A DNA stretch of 64,000 nucleotides, taken from Utricularia gibba (lineage: Eukaryota; Plantae; Magnoliophyta). Positions within the stretch are counted from its first letter, which is position 1, and every line of letters starts with the position of its first letter. The position numbers and the translations under genes are program-made. This document shows, piece after piece, positions 13,501-27,709 of this stretch. The stretch is taken from the NCBI GenBank assembly GCA_002189035.1, contig NEEC01000004.1, positions 1,984,001 to 2,048,000 on the forward strand. The letters run 5' to 3'. Under the pieces are notes generated by a model. That model was given only the letters and a program-made list of their open reading frames with translations, had not been told where the DNA came from and searched no databases.

Positions 13501-13812
13501 AGCAAGTTGGAAATGGTTTTATGTCTAATAGTGCTATAATATCTTATTCTCATTGGAGTGATTATTTAAAAATATATTAACTTTGCTCCAAGACTTTGTT
13601 TCTATGTTACATATACTGTCCTTTAGTTGAATCGATTATATAGTGGAATTTGTAATGTAAAAATTACATTTTACAGTGTCTAATAGAGAATCCAAACATC
13701 ATTGATTTTTATAGTATTTTTATGTTAAAAATACTATGTTTTTTGCAGTGTTTCATCATAAATTATATTGTATGATTGTAATAGAACAAAGCTGCTCTGT
13801 GCTATAAGAATG

Positions 13813-14329
13813 TGATGGGGTATAAATCGATTGGGGACGATCGGATTTTGAAAGGCTGCCAAAAGGAGCCCTAACAGGATAACGTCAGTCAGCAGGCCAA
13901 TATGTGTTAGAAATTTGGCAGCGATGGCCGTCTGACACAGTCTGAAAAGCAGCTGAATTACGGTGGAATAGGCGGCCGATGTTTGAAAAGCACGGTCGCA
14001 TAGCAGGCACAAAAGTAACCGACACCTGTAGAGGCGAAGAATCGGCTAGACTGGCCTCCCCTATAAATAAAAGGAATCATGACAGGAGAAGCGATTCGAT
14101 CCCTAGCCTCCCAGTCTGTATCTTTCTCCTTCATCTCCGTTTAGTAAACATTGTCTTTAATGAGCTCTGACAACTCCGTGGTTTTTCCGCTTCACGGTGG
14201 TTTCCACGTAAAAAATCCCCGCTTACTTCTATTTTATCCAATCAAATCGAACTGACAGCAAAAAGGACACTATACCACTCGCAACCCGAATATCGGCCTA
14301 GTCCGGCATACCGATTTTCACCCGTAACA
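13813..14329 (+). mobile_element. Solo LTR, 517 bp (Tat-like Gypsy)
   Basis: TG...CA termini; perfect 5-bp TSD GAATG (13808-13812 and 14330-14334); internal CTATAAATA box; GC-richer than its flanks. Confidence 0.85.
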
Positions 14330-15440
14330 GAATGTAATACCAATTTCTCTAGAATAGCGAGAATTAATGTTTAGCAATATCTTTAGTCACTAGAGAATAT
14401 ATATCTTATATGGCAAATGAACAGCAACCATTGCATTTTTTCAAGAAGCAATATTATTCAATATAATATTGAAGACTATAAAATTACTACACATGTTGAA
14501 AACTCTCCATATGGTTGTACTCCCACTCAACAATTTAGTCAATCTAGCATATCAATATCAGTTCCAAAAGCGCTAGCAAGCAAAAGGGAGCATGTATGAA
14601 TGAATGACAACAACGTAATTGCTCAAGCATTGGAAAATGTGGCAGAAGATGTTGAATCTTCATGAGAGAAGCATTTTGGAGACCATGAGAAGGTTGAAAT
14701 TAAAAGATGTTTGGAGTTTTTGCACAACTACAATAATATAAGGTTTGCACATGAGATATATGTACATGTCATGAAAACCAAACACAACATTTGACTTATC
14801 TCAAGTATGATTATCAAATTTATTAGTATAAAATGTGGAAAAATGTCTCTTGAAGTTGGTGTTGTTTGCAAGAATAATTTATCTGAATGCTTTTTTTTTC
14901 ATTTGAAATTGATGTATTGAAGATTCGGTTCGGTTCATTTTATCATATGTATTTCGGTTCATTTGTATTGAATAGCCATTATAACTCATAATTTCTATTC
15001 AAGAATCATTTTACTCAATACATTGCATGAAGATGGGGTGCATTGTACCCCTCTTCATATTGTTTTCTTCTCTAATTATAAACTACCTAATTGCTTTGTT
15101 CCTTGTTTTATCTGTATGGTTATTTCTAAGTGATATCAAATTCCCTCATCCATATAAATCATAAGATCATTATCTATGTAGTTGTTATAAAATTCTTTCT
15201 TCCATATATACAAAAAACGTTCTCTTTTCTATAGATTATTCTAGCCAAAGAAAAGCCAAGGTAGCAAAGATCTTTTCTAAGATCATTATCTATGTAGTTT
15301 GATCCTTCTATATGTGCTTTCTCTTTTATACATTACCAACAATCAATTAGAATCTTATTCATTTGGTTTTTTTCAATGTTTTGTCAACTCTTCATTTTGG
15401 TTATCCATATTAGGAGAAGAGCATTCTGAGAGGGGCTAAT

Positions 15441-16690
15441 TGTTAAGTGTCATTTTTAAGTATTTATTATATATTATTACGTGCTAATTAAGTATTAAGT
15501 CATCCAAATTAGAAGTTATATTGATAAGTATTCTATTTTCCTAGAAAATTCTATATTTGCATTTTGTACATATTCTGTTATCTTTTTTCGTGTATTTTCA
15601 CCCAAAATATTAGGAGGTAGGCTTGGAGTGTTGAATTAGACTTGCAGTAGATCAAACACTGACGTTTTGTGCCTTTCACATGATTTGAGTTAATCGTGAG
15701 CGGAAGATTGACACCAGTAAGGATCTCTAACTTACAGCATGTCAGAGTCTACAGCAATGTTTAGGCGCTTAGTTGCACACATGGGAAAGCTAGTGGTGCA
15801 TGCAAGACAGAATGAATGATGAAAATGGAGTAGAAGAAGTTAATATACGTGGGGAGTGAATTAAAACCTACTTGGAACACTTGTTTTTGAACTTCTTTTT
15901 CACTTTTTTTTTTCACACTTGAACGTTTGATTCTTTCTCTCCACCAAGGGAGGAATAACACTACTTGTTTCATTTTCTTGTTTTCATGGTCATTCATGGC
16001 TAAACGTTTTTAGTTTTGAAAACAGATGAAGTTTCCTTGTATATCTTGAGCATCAATCTCGGTTCTTTTATGAAATTCTTCTGGATTTCGCATATTTCAC
16101 ATTGTAGTTTTTCTCTAGTCATGGTCCATGAGTAAGTCACTCCTCGTAGATTTTCATGAAGAGCACCATCTCCAACCCTACTGACTCAAGGATGATATCA
16201 AATTGTTTGTACCATGACAGTAGATGGGTAGTGACCTTGTACCCACTAATCATCATTGGCAATAGTTGGGTACACACACCAAATTCATCTTTGAAGTCAA
16301 TTGACGGCAATCTTCTTGTCCTCTCAATCGTCCAAGAGGAAATCATATGAGGCTATTCATGTGCCTCCTTGTTAATTAGAGTGCTATTCTTTTTTCCTAT
16401 AACCAGTTATTCGGAAGGAATTAGTAAAAGTTGAGGCGAGAATAGACAAAAGGAGGAAATAAAATCTAATTCCTAAGAACTACGTCCCTTAATGAAGGTT
16501 CATTACTTGCATTGTATCTTTTATTTTTATGTTTCAAAAACTCTCTTTTACAAACTCATGACAATTTGTAAAAGTTTAGTACAAAATAATTTCTACAAAA
16601 CTTAATTCTTTGAAATCGACACTTGTACTATGTTTTATTATGTTCTACGTTTTTCTAAATTAAAATTTATTGAGGAAACTACACGCAACA
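15441..16690 (+). mobile_element. Solo LTR, 1250 bp (Athila-type; same family as 42973-44319)
   Basis: Starts TGTTAAGTGTCATTT and ends GGAAACTACACGCAACA; perfect TSD CTAAT (15436-15440 and 16691-16695); both termini match the LTR at 42973-44319. Confidence 0.85.
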
Positions 16691-17539
16691 CTAATGTAAA
16701 AAAGAAAGTTAATTGCATAGATATTACAATAGTTTACATAAATAGAGAAGTATACAAGTAATATACAAACAGAGAAATATATAAAAATGAGTTTTTATGA
16801 GAAGATACAAGTGATTCAATTCATGGACATACTACCAAATTCATGGGAAATTCTGATTATTATTGATAATGTATGTGTTTAAGAGACAATTAACTTATTT
16901 TTAAATCTTTTTTTTAAATATTTTATATCAAATAATGATCAAATTTACTGAATGACTTGTCTTCAAGATACTAATATGGGAAGCTAACCAAATATTAGAA
17001 GTAAGATGTCAAATATAATAATCATGTAAAATAAGTTTAAATTTGATATCAACAAAGTTATCTTGATCTTAATCTTGTATTTTCGCCATTACTAATAGGA
17101 GTCTAACTATGGTTTGTTTAGTACGGATGAGAAGAGATGTGGCTCCTTAAGGTTTGTTCATCACCAAAATTGGGACCATGTTGCAATTGAGAGATTTGTA
17201 ACATGTGTCTTTACTAAGAGTGAAAGTGAGGTTTATTTAGAATGACTATTTAAATATAACTATAAAAAATGATTATTTTTAAATGTTTTCTTAAACCAAT
17301 TTTTATTTGATCTACCAACTTCAAACAAATAGAATTAAAACATGTTTTATGTAACTTGCTTTATGTGAAATACTTCTTTTTATTGATATTACTAATTTAT
17401 TCGTATTAATTAAATAATTTTTGAATTTTTTTTCAACTATTCTCTTCAATTCATACCTATCCCACTAATATATACATATGTTTCACTTTCAAAACCATCT
17501 TCATTTCTTTTGTTCACAAATCACAATCCACATCCATGA

Positions 17540-17760
17540 CTTTGAGATGGAGAAGTATTCATTGTCTTCTTTGAGATCATACATAGATGATGATCAATTT
17601 TCAAGAAGTAATAAAAAATTACTACAGTAATCGAGTGCGTAAGTTTTCGTGTAAAAATAGGAAGTTTATGGGAGTAGAATTATTGAAGTAGTTGTTAGAA
17701 GGCAACCCAATTAGATCTTATGGCACATTAAAGATGAGAACTCATATTTTTTTTTTATCA
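17540..17760 (+). mobile_element. PIF/Harbinger transposase 5' relic
   Basis: Degenerate LLEGNPIRSYGTLKMRTHIFF, resembling the N-terminal LL.GHP.R...FRM..HVF motif of plant Harbinger transposases. Confidence 0.45.
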
Positions 17761-18532
17761 GTTTACAATAATAAGTATGGGCTGTAGCCCCCTATATCTA
17801 AAACAAATGAATAAGTTGAAATGTTAATAAGATTTAAAATTTTAATAATTAAATTTTAGTTCTCCTTAATTTTACATTAATAAGTATGAGTTAATAAAAA
17901 AAGGATTTTATCCCCCCTAAATTAAAGTTGAAGATTTACCCCTCATATTAGCTAAGATCACAATCAACATCATCTTATTCAAGAGTATCAACATTCAAGT
18001 ATGATGTTTCTTAGTCTTATATCAACTTTTTTTTAGCTAACATACTTTTTGTGGGATAATGTTGTGTTTTGCATATTTCGTAGCATGTACAATCCATAGA
18101 TATTATTACATGAAGTTCTTAAATCTTGTTTTAAGATATTTAAGAATTGGATTTCTTAATTTCAACCTCACAATTACTCCTTCATAGATCCAATTTGATA
18201 ATCGGTACTCACGTTATTGGGAACATAGTGATGGATAGAAACTCCCATTCCTAGTATAAGGCAGCTTGTGGACACTCAATCGATTATGGATGTGACATTT
18301 GTTTGTTCAACCAATTTGGTCTCTATCCAACTAGTCTTCTTTGATGTTCATATCTTAAGTTCAACTCATCCTTCATACTTGCCCCAACATGCATGGTGCT
18401 GTCATCCCTAGCAATTGCACTCTTTGTGGGCACTTAAGGCTTGAGTTCTTGGTTCTCAATCACACTAAGTAACAATACTTAAATGTTTATGGGCTAATTT
18501 TTTACTATCTATATGAAGTTTTATTTTCGACC

Positions 18533-19821
18533 ATTTGAACTACTTTTTGAGATGAATTTTACAATAGTTGTTTTATATAAAATAATACATGTTAATCAAA
18601 TATTTAATAAAAGGTCATATTTATTGTTATAGATTGGATGCCTAAAGATAATATTGTATTATTATCATAAAACTAAATATAAAATTTTTTATGAAACATT
18701 TTATATAAACATACTCATTTTTCAGATCACTCTTTTTAAGTTATAAATCATTAGTGCTCATACATTTCCATTTCATGGAAGCTTTCCTTAAAACAAATAA
18801 CATCAATATACTTTGTATTAAACTCTTGTTTAACATGAGTTAAAACCATTACATAATAGCATGAGGGATAAAAAAATAATTTGAACTCATGTTTTAAATC
18901 ATGGAAAAAATCGTAAACTGTTTGTTCATATAATTCATGGGTTGAACAGTTTAATCATAGTTTAAATCATGATTAACTAGTTCACTTTTTTTAAAAAAAA
19001 AAAGAATTAACATTTTTTTATAAAAAAAATATCAAATCATAATTGAATGGTGTTGCCATCCCAAGCAATTGGATTTTTTCAGGGGTACTTAGCACCTTTC
19101 TTAGTTCTGAAGCGCATGAAGTAACATTACTTAATATGAGCTAATTCTTTACTATCTAAAAGTCTTTTTTTCTCGAGATCCCTAAAAAAATATCTTAAGA
19201 ATCATCCATAAAAAATACTAACATAATTCTAATAGTTGAAACACATATCGTTCGTTATTGCATTGCATCCCTCTCACGGCGTATTTAAACTACTTTTTGA
19301 GATGAGTTTTACAGTAGTTGTTTTATATGAAATCATACAATAATCACATATTTGATTAAAAAAATCATACTTGCTATTATAGATTAGATATCTAAATAAT
19401 TTTTTATTTAATACTTTACCACAATGAAATATAGGCTCATTTATCATATATATTTAATGAATTTTATGATAATAATACAATATTATGAATTATAAGTATT
19501 TTAGAATATTGTATATAAATCTAGTTAGAAAATTTTCAACTAAATCATATTCATATTTACTACAGAGCATATCAAAACGTAGTAGTAAACAAATCTTTAG
19601 TGCTCATACTTTAAAACAAATAAATAACCCATCAATATACTTTATGTTACAAATAGTATTATTACAGAGTTAAAAAAATAATCATGAAAAAATCGTAAAC
19701 TGTTTGCTCATATAATTTATGGGTTGAACAGTTTAATTATAGCTTAAATTATGATTAAACAGTTAGTTTTTAAAAAAAATTTAAATGTTTTTTATGAAAA
19801 AATATCACATCATAATTGAAT
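18533..19821. repeat. Diverged direct duplication of about 520 bp (18533-19048 and 19283-19821)
   Basis: Shared blocks CTACTTTTTGAGATGA, AAAAAATCGTAAACTGTTTG, ATGGGTTGAACAGTTTAAT and CATAATTGAAT at offsets of 750-780 bp. Confidence 0.8.
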
Positions 19822-20267
19822 TGTAGTTGAATCAAAATTAGATTATAATTTATTTTTTTCTATTTAAAATTATTCAAACTTGATCAATTCTTATTATAAA
19901 CATTGATTTGAATTCACTTCACACAAATCCCGATTTATTTCAATATCTATTGGCAGGAGGCGGGTTTAATTTTTGTCATCTACAGCCCACCCATTTTAAC
20001 ACGGGTTGCCCGTACAAGATCCACCTTTTTTTGGATTAATATCACAATGTAATAATAAGCATGAGAATCCAGCCACGTTTCACAGTGTAGAGGAGGGAAA
20101 TGGGGATTTCAGTGATCAAGAAAATTATACCAAATTCCTTGTGAAACAGCCTGCTTCACCTTATGAGTAGTAGCTCCCTTCCTGTCTCCTGATGAAGATC
20201 CTTCCCTGATGAAAGCTTAACCAGGGCTGGTTCAGAGTCTGAGATTCACGAATGGGAAAGCTGATCT

Positions 20268-22612
20268 TCATTTAGGGACGTTATGTAGTATGTTCTCGAA
20301 GCTCTGAGCATATACACTGGAGAAGGCTATCAGTGCCTCGAAAGTCTTGGGAAGGTTGGTTTTCAGGTTTCGCAGAATCATGGCTCTTGTGGCCTTTATG
20401 CAGCTTGCGTATTTCGCATTCTCATCATCCACTGATTTCTTATGAGCTTCCACTTTCGCACGCCGTAGTATTAATGGATGCTTGCCATTTGAAGCTGAAG
20501 TAGTATCATCATTTGGCAAGGTCCCTCCATACTTCATTTCCATTTCAGAAAGCGCAGTGAGCTCCCGGCCTAATCTTCTCTCTAGCTTCTCACATCTTCT
20601 GCGTATATTTTGTTCTTCTTGCAGCTGTGTCAAAATACTGCTTATAGCTGACAGCAGAGAACTAATGGCCTCAGACACCATCTGCGGATAAAACATTGCT
20701 ACACATAAGTGTTGAACTGAATATTATAGTATGACTGAGTTGTCTGAATCATATCTATAATATAAGGTCCACGACGTGGACTCAGACATATGAACCACGG
20801 TAAGAGAAGGAAAAATGTGGTGTACCATTTCGGGTAACTTGTCAAGTGTCTGCAACCATTTTTCCAGGAGTTGATGCAACATTGTCGAGTTTTTACTCCA
20901 GGGGCCATCGATATCACGAATCCCTTTTGTGAGCTTTGTCCATTCACACAGGGCCCTTATGTACTCCCGTTGAAATTTCACAAGGCTGCAAAAGTTTTGG
21001 TACCAAGAGGAAACTTCAGTTTGCAGTTGACATGCAGCCAACACTAGGTACTCGGTAGTTGGTTCAACAAATGATTCATCCACTAAATGATTCAGCTGCT
21101 GAGAAATATGATTCTGGATTCGATGACATTTATGCATGGTTCGCCACATGTGCATCATCCTGCACAAAAGCATAAGAGCATTCTGTTACTCGAATGGTTA
21201 TGGAGGACAAAAAACACTAACTTAACATGCACAATGACTCTACCCTGATGCTAGAGCAATCAGCTGAGGATGCAGTTCCTCATTTATGAGCACCAGTATG
21301 TTCGAAGAACATTGCTCAATCGATTCTTGAAGAGATAGGAGGCGAGATTCTAAACTTTCAACTGCTATGCGAGTTTTTTCAACGTTCATATCATCTTTTG
21401 CGTCTTCTTGTCTCTGCAGCAATGAAGATTTTCTGATGTACTCCATCTTAGCTACTTCTTCATCCTGTCAAACAAATACTCCGCTCAATAACAATCAGGT
21501 TAACTTTTTACAGCCCTCAATAGGTCTTAACTACCTTAATGTTTTTGTAGAGTTTCTGCTCTTCCGAGTAAAGCTTCTCAAGGGTGAGGCAATGAGCTCC
21601 CGGCTTACATGGTTCAACTTCACCAACCAGGTCTCCTTGTTCTTTTGAGTAACGAAAAGATCTTGAGGACCAATTCCAAGACAGGGCACTGAAAACTTTT
21701 GCCGAATTGCTTTTATTCCCTGAATACCAAGACAATATACAATGTCAGAAGAACAACCACATAATGAGGATATAGGAATCAAGTCAGGGCGGGTGGGGGA
21801 GTGTGGGTACCTGTGTTCACTTTAAGACTATGATGAAGAGAAATTGCACTCATGTCAATGTCGATGAAGACTGCCACATCCTTCACAGTAGCAGACGCTT
21901 TCAAGAAATAATCATCTAAGTTTTTAATGATGGAACCCAAGCTCTTCTTGCCTCTCCAGGCTACCACAGGAGCATCTTCGTTGTCCTTCATCCAGCTAGA
22001 AGTCGATGAATTATCATCGAGATGATTGATCTGCTGTCCTGAAAGCTCGGCCTGATCTTCAAAGAAAGCGCCATCTTTCTCCACTTCAGTGAATTTTCTA
22101 CATTTCTTTTCATCATCGTCTACAGACTCAACACTTGAATCATCCCAGTTCTCCCTGATCTCCTCACCATCAATATGCCCTGTATGTTCACGAGAAGCCG
22201 AACCAAAGAGTTCCCAATACTCAAAAGAAGTACCAGGGGGCGGAGGTGGAGGATGGTCAATTTCCCCATCACTTTCAATGATGTCATCATGTTCAGACTT
22301 CGTTTCTAGTGGTTTTTCAGCCGGATTCCGACTATCTGGGCTGAAGGGAGGAGGTGGTGGCGGTGATGGAGGCAAAGGTGGGGGAGGAGAGGGCGAAAAT
22401 CCTGCACCAGAAGCCGTTTCCTCGGCTTCCAAAGACTGAGATTCAGTGAACTGCCTCAGTGTAAGGCCAGTGTTTATCAATGATCTCAGATAGGCTAGCT
22501 GTGCATCAGCAAACTCCTTTCTACATCGCATCAACTGTTTCATCAACCTCTTCCGTTCCTCGCAAATTCTTAATCTTTCCCCTTTATCAACTTTCGACGC
22601 CACACAACCCAT
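20268..22612 (-). CDS. DUF630/DUF632 protein (NRG2/APSR1/REL2 family), 5 exons
   Basis: N-terminus MGCVASKVD..CEERKRLMKQL..YLRSL..TG..LRQF (DUF630), poly-Pro tract, then DUF632 motifs LDDYFLKAS, HCLTLEKLYSEEQKLY, ELHPQL, SWYQNF and VSEAI. Donors and acceptors at 21810, 21719 and onward are canonical GT-AG. Confidence 0.9.
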
Positions 22613-24758
22613 TTATCCTTTTCACACAGAGAAGAAATTTCGATAAATTTCTACCTGATTTAGAACCCTTCTCCAAATAGTCCCGCGCAATCAAAAGTCA
22701 GACGATAAGAGCGAAAATAAAGAAGCGTTTTTAATCCAATCTCAGATACGGAAAACACCCAGTATCAGTAACTACCAAAGCTTAAAAGAGCAATCCTTGG
22801 GACACGCAGCCACAACTGCAAATTGGGTCAGGGCAAAAACAACCATCTTTTGCACAAAATAGTCAACAAAACTGCCGTGTAGAATAGGAACCCTACACAG
22901 TCGAAGTACTTTTAGAACTCTGCGGCGCAATCGTACACTGTCAATTCACGCCAACGCCAAGAAACAAAGAAACACACAAACAACGGTGCAGAATGTTGCG
23001 TATTTGTAGAATGGAAGGGAAAAGCAATAGAGAAACAATAAAGGTGCAAACGAAAAGGGGAAGTAAGAGTAACTACGCTGTTCCAGTGAGCGTGAAGCTC
23101 CCAGTCTCAAGCAGCAGGATCAGAGAAATCGCAGCAATCCAAAGGAAAAAAAAAAAAAAAGGCAGCATTCCGGGCCATGGATTCCCTTTTCCCCTTCAGA
23201 AAGTAGTTGAAAAGGGAGCAATTCAACTCGCATTTTTATTTTAATTTTTAATCTTACTCCTTATTTTCAATTTAATTGCCAATTTTTGGATTTATATTAA
23301 ATAATTCAAAGAATAAAGCATCAAAATTTCACGGGCAAATTAACCGAAATTAAATGATTTAATTATAATATTTAATGAACACAGTTGCTGCATAAAGCGG
23401 CGTTGGCCCCCTTCCCCCAAAGGCGCTTTAGTCTCACTGCCGCCCTAAAGCTGCACTTCAATACATACATTTTTAGGGCAAACTACGCAGCTTTAATATA
23501 TCGTGCAAATCCACACGAACATTAAATGGTTGCACGATCAATTCAGACATCTTGTTGTCAAATTTGATTCCAATTCGGACAACATCAGACCTGATTCCCA
23601 TCACTTGGGACGATATTTAATGACGTGACGTCGCGGCTGAGTGGGTTAGATTATTTAGATTCAGATAAATATCTATCAGCGAATTCCTATGTGAAAAAAA
23701 AATAGCGCTTAGTATATGAATATAATTTATTTAAATAATATAATACTTTTATTTTTTATATCAATATTTAATACCATAGAATATATAAGAAATTACAGTT
23801 ACTCTCTTAACTTTCAAAGGAACTAGGACAAACTACGAGGATGAAGAGAATCTGCCACTAGGACAAATCTAGAGTGAAAAGAAAATAAAATAGCAGATGG
23901 AGAAGAAGGAAAAAATAATTAAAAAAAGGATAAATAAATATTTTTAAAGATAGGTATAAAAATATTCATAACATTGTCCTTTAGGAGGTGCATTTTTTTT
24001 TTCTCTGCAAACTTTCATAAATTTATCATAAACCAACACTAAAAATCGCATATCAAAACTCCTGAACCATAAAAACAACTCCTATCATTGTTTTGAAGCA
24101 CGATGGAAACATAAATTATTTAAGATAACGATTGAATTAAATTAAAATTGTTTTCAAATATAAAAAAACAAATTGGAACATAATTATAATTTAATTACAA
24201 TTAAATTCCGATTTGATATTTTATAATAAAAAAATATTTTAAAAAAATAATTCAATCACAAGTTAAACCATGATTGAACCAACTAAAGTACTCATACAAT
24301 CGATTCCGATTTAAAACATTGATTACTACTAAGAAATAAGGACGGGTAAAAACAAATAAATTCCAATAATTCAAATGAGCACGTGACGTGAATAATGCGC
24401 ACATGATTGTTGTACGTTAGGTGAGGAAAGCAGCAATGCATTATTGCAGAATCCTGCGTTGAAAACCGTCCATTGTCTGTGTAAGTGAACTGCCTTCACT
24501 CACTAGTTTTGTTAAAAAAAGAAATTAATTGTTGTTGGGTAGACCTTATTCAATTTGGCATTACCCGATCCGATCAACCGAACCTAGTTTTTCAGGTGGA
24601 GAAAAATGAACGCATTGGAAACCATTTTGTGCACGTTGTCTTAATTAAATGAGACACGTGCTTGTGATTTCATGGGATCGGCACACAGTACCTGCCTTCC
24701 TCGTCCCATAACTGGATTCATTGATTGGTTGATTGCATTTGTCTTCTCCAGGCATTGG

Positions 24759-27709
24759 CTAAGAAGGGGACACCGCGTCGCACAGCGATTTATATGCCTC
24801 CACACATTTCTTGAACTTCTCTTCTGCAGCTACCTGTTGAAGGACACCAGTTTTCCACATAATCTCCACCACTTTCAAGTAACATTTTCAGTGCAAGAAA
24901 GCATGGCCATGGAGAATCAGAGCGACAAGAGGAAAACTCAGCCATGAGTTAGAAAAAAACAGGAACAGCATAATGCACAAGTGCTACTCAAATCTCACGA
25001 TTTCACCTCTTGAAGCTTTAAAAGGAAAAAGGGAATCAGCATGCGGTAAGGACTAATGCACATGTATTAGCATTTTACTACTACACCTGTGAAGGACCGC
25101 GATGCTTGTCTGGATGCCATTTCAGAGCTGATTGCCGGAAGCTGCAATTGAACGAGGAGTTCACACAAAAACTTGTGATGTTTTTTTCTTATCATGCCGC
25201 ATTCATATATTCGAATGAGCCAAAGTATCAAGAGCAGGGGAAACACTCACGCAGCCTTGACATCTTCGATTTTCAAAGGACCAGCCCTGGGTAAACCCAG
25301 GGTTGCCCTATCAACGCATGATCCTTCATTCAAATGAATCCTACTTCTGCTGTATGCACTGTAATTCCATTCTGAAAACTTCTTCCAGTTGTAATCATTT
25401 TCGGAGGCTCTAAACGTCCACGAGAAGCCTTGTGTACCAAAAAATGGATCAGAAACTCGCTCATGGCTGCCTTCAGAATCATCGACCCTCTCTTTCTTAT
25501 GCCTACCTGAAAATTACATGAAAACGCAATCTTCCTGAATCAGAATCAAATAAATAGAAAAACAACTCCCGTAAGCACTAATATTCCATCAACTCTGCCA
25601 TTTACTCATTCAAACACAAAATATAGCATTGCACAGAAATTAACTCAGGAAACTTAAAATAGGGTGGGGAAAAAAATGCTTGGAACTCAATTGAATCGAA
25701 GTGTAAAGATGGTTGCAAGTAATATTAACAAAAGCGGTTGAAACCTACGCCTCTACATCATCAGGCACCCATAGTTTCATTTTTCCTAGCATATCCATGA
25801 GAAGCATGACAAAAAAACTGATTTTTATTGCACAGAAACATACGATTCAATTTTTTAGGTCTCCTTGCTCTATGACTGGCCTTTAACCGATACTTCTTGT
25901 GCAACTGATCCACATCATATTCTCCTATCTGCAGAAACCAATAATATAGTGAGCTAGATAGCAGTATAAACAAGAAATAGAGGATAAAACTAGCACACGG
26001 ACTATGTATCAGACTAACGGAGTTAAAAAAAAAAAAGCACAGTTAATTTAACGCTGGGATATGGGAAAAAACCACCCAAATGAAACTTTATGAAAGCATA
26101 ATTGTGCGAGAGCGCCATCATTATAAATAAATCACAAACGGTTGGCCGTGCTAGCCATTGAAACAAAGCGTTCATATTAAAAAACACTTGGTAAAGAATC
26201 AAAAGAAAACCTTCATCAAGAAAGTGGCATATCCCAATTCCTTTTTTTTTTTTTAAAGAAAAAAGAGCTTCTGAAAGCATAATCTACTACAATTGGAAAC
26301 TCAACCAGAAATCCTGAGCCATATAACTAATTTTGTATTCCTATTACAATAAAGCATAAAAATATTTAAGTGTGCGCTGAGTCACTTATTGACACACCTC
26401 AGCCATTGCGGTCGGAGTGCAACCACGATGAAGTATACTTTTAAGCACTTTTTGTGTGTTGGAACGCTTCTGTCGGACAGAATATCTGATGTAGTCCTGA
26501 ATGAAATTTCTCAACATTAGAGATATTATGCAGAAGACCAAGGTTTTGCAAACTAAAAAGCAGTTTAGCGTTAAGTTTACAAAAATTGAACTAACGATAC
26601 CCAGAAGATGCATGTAAACACAAAAGTCATTATGTAGTAGGAGAAGAATTAATTTACAGACTCAATTATCGTATCACGAGTTTTATTCTGTATTGAGTAA
26701 TCTTCTTGCTGCTTCAGTAATCTGTACCTTGATTACAGCAGAGGCGAAAGACAACATTCAATCAACAATTCTATCCTAGCTAATTCTCTTGATTGGGAAG
26801 TGAACAAAGTCATCTCAAGTCTACAACACGAACAAGAGCAGTGGATATGATATTGAAATGCAAAATAGGAGAAGTATGGATAGAGAAAAATAACAAGGTA
26901 AAAGGACATTCGGATCTAGGATTACAGAACTAAAGTATAAGCTTAGACCCTAAGCATGGGGAAATTTCTCACAGCAATAAGAGGTCCTTTTAGAGTTCAG
27001 TAACAAACGAGGTAACAAATAAAGGACACTAGTCTTAGGTTTGTAAACTGGTTAACTGGGCCACAACAACCGTTTCCAACATTATTTACAATAACGACAA
27101 TGACCCAAAAGCCCAACATAAAGAAATCAACAAGTTCATCCAACATACATTTAGGATATAAAAGTTCACGGAAAAATCAATTAACAGGATACAATCGATG
27201 AATCTCAGAATTTTTCAGTGAGCCGTTTCTGTTTATTCAAGAGGGAGATGCTTTAATTATTGAATAAAAAGTATATAATCAGGGATACTTCAAATGAGTC
27301 AGAGAGTAGGGAGATTTATCACCTTTGATTGCTGTGATTTTCCTCCGGAAACCTGCCCGCATTTTAGGAACACATTAATCTTCAAAATGAAATATCAAAA
27401 GGCACTAACATCAAGAAAGAAATTCTGCCAGCACACGATCGGTTAACTAACAGGAGGTAGTAAGTGCAATGAAATACACCTAAGAAGGAAGAAGTGGTTC
27501 TTTTATATCAAAATGCAAAAACGTAAAAGATGGCATATGAATCTTACAGAATCGAACTTTATTTTCCATTCCTCAGAAGAGCTACTGGTGGAATGGAACT
27601 TGGAGTAATACTTCATGCATACTAGAGTGGCAGCAGAACCTCTCTCCGTGAATTGAGAAATTGCGCTCCTTAGGCTCATAAAGCTCCATGATCGCCACAT
27701 TACTTGCAT
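24759..27709 (-). CDS. Chaperone with C-terminal J domain (type III DnaJ-like), 253 aa, 7 exons
   Basis: Exons 27709-27548, 27352-27323, 26496-26398, 25928-25844, 25506-25251, 25141-25087 and 24833-24759 splice in phase with GT-AG. The C-terminus reads LGLPRAGPLKIEDVKAAFRQSALKWHPDKH..AAEEKFKKCVEAYKSL, with the HPD motif. Confidence 0.88.
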
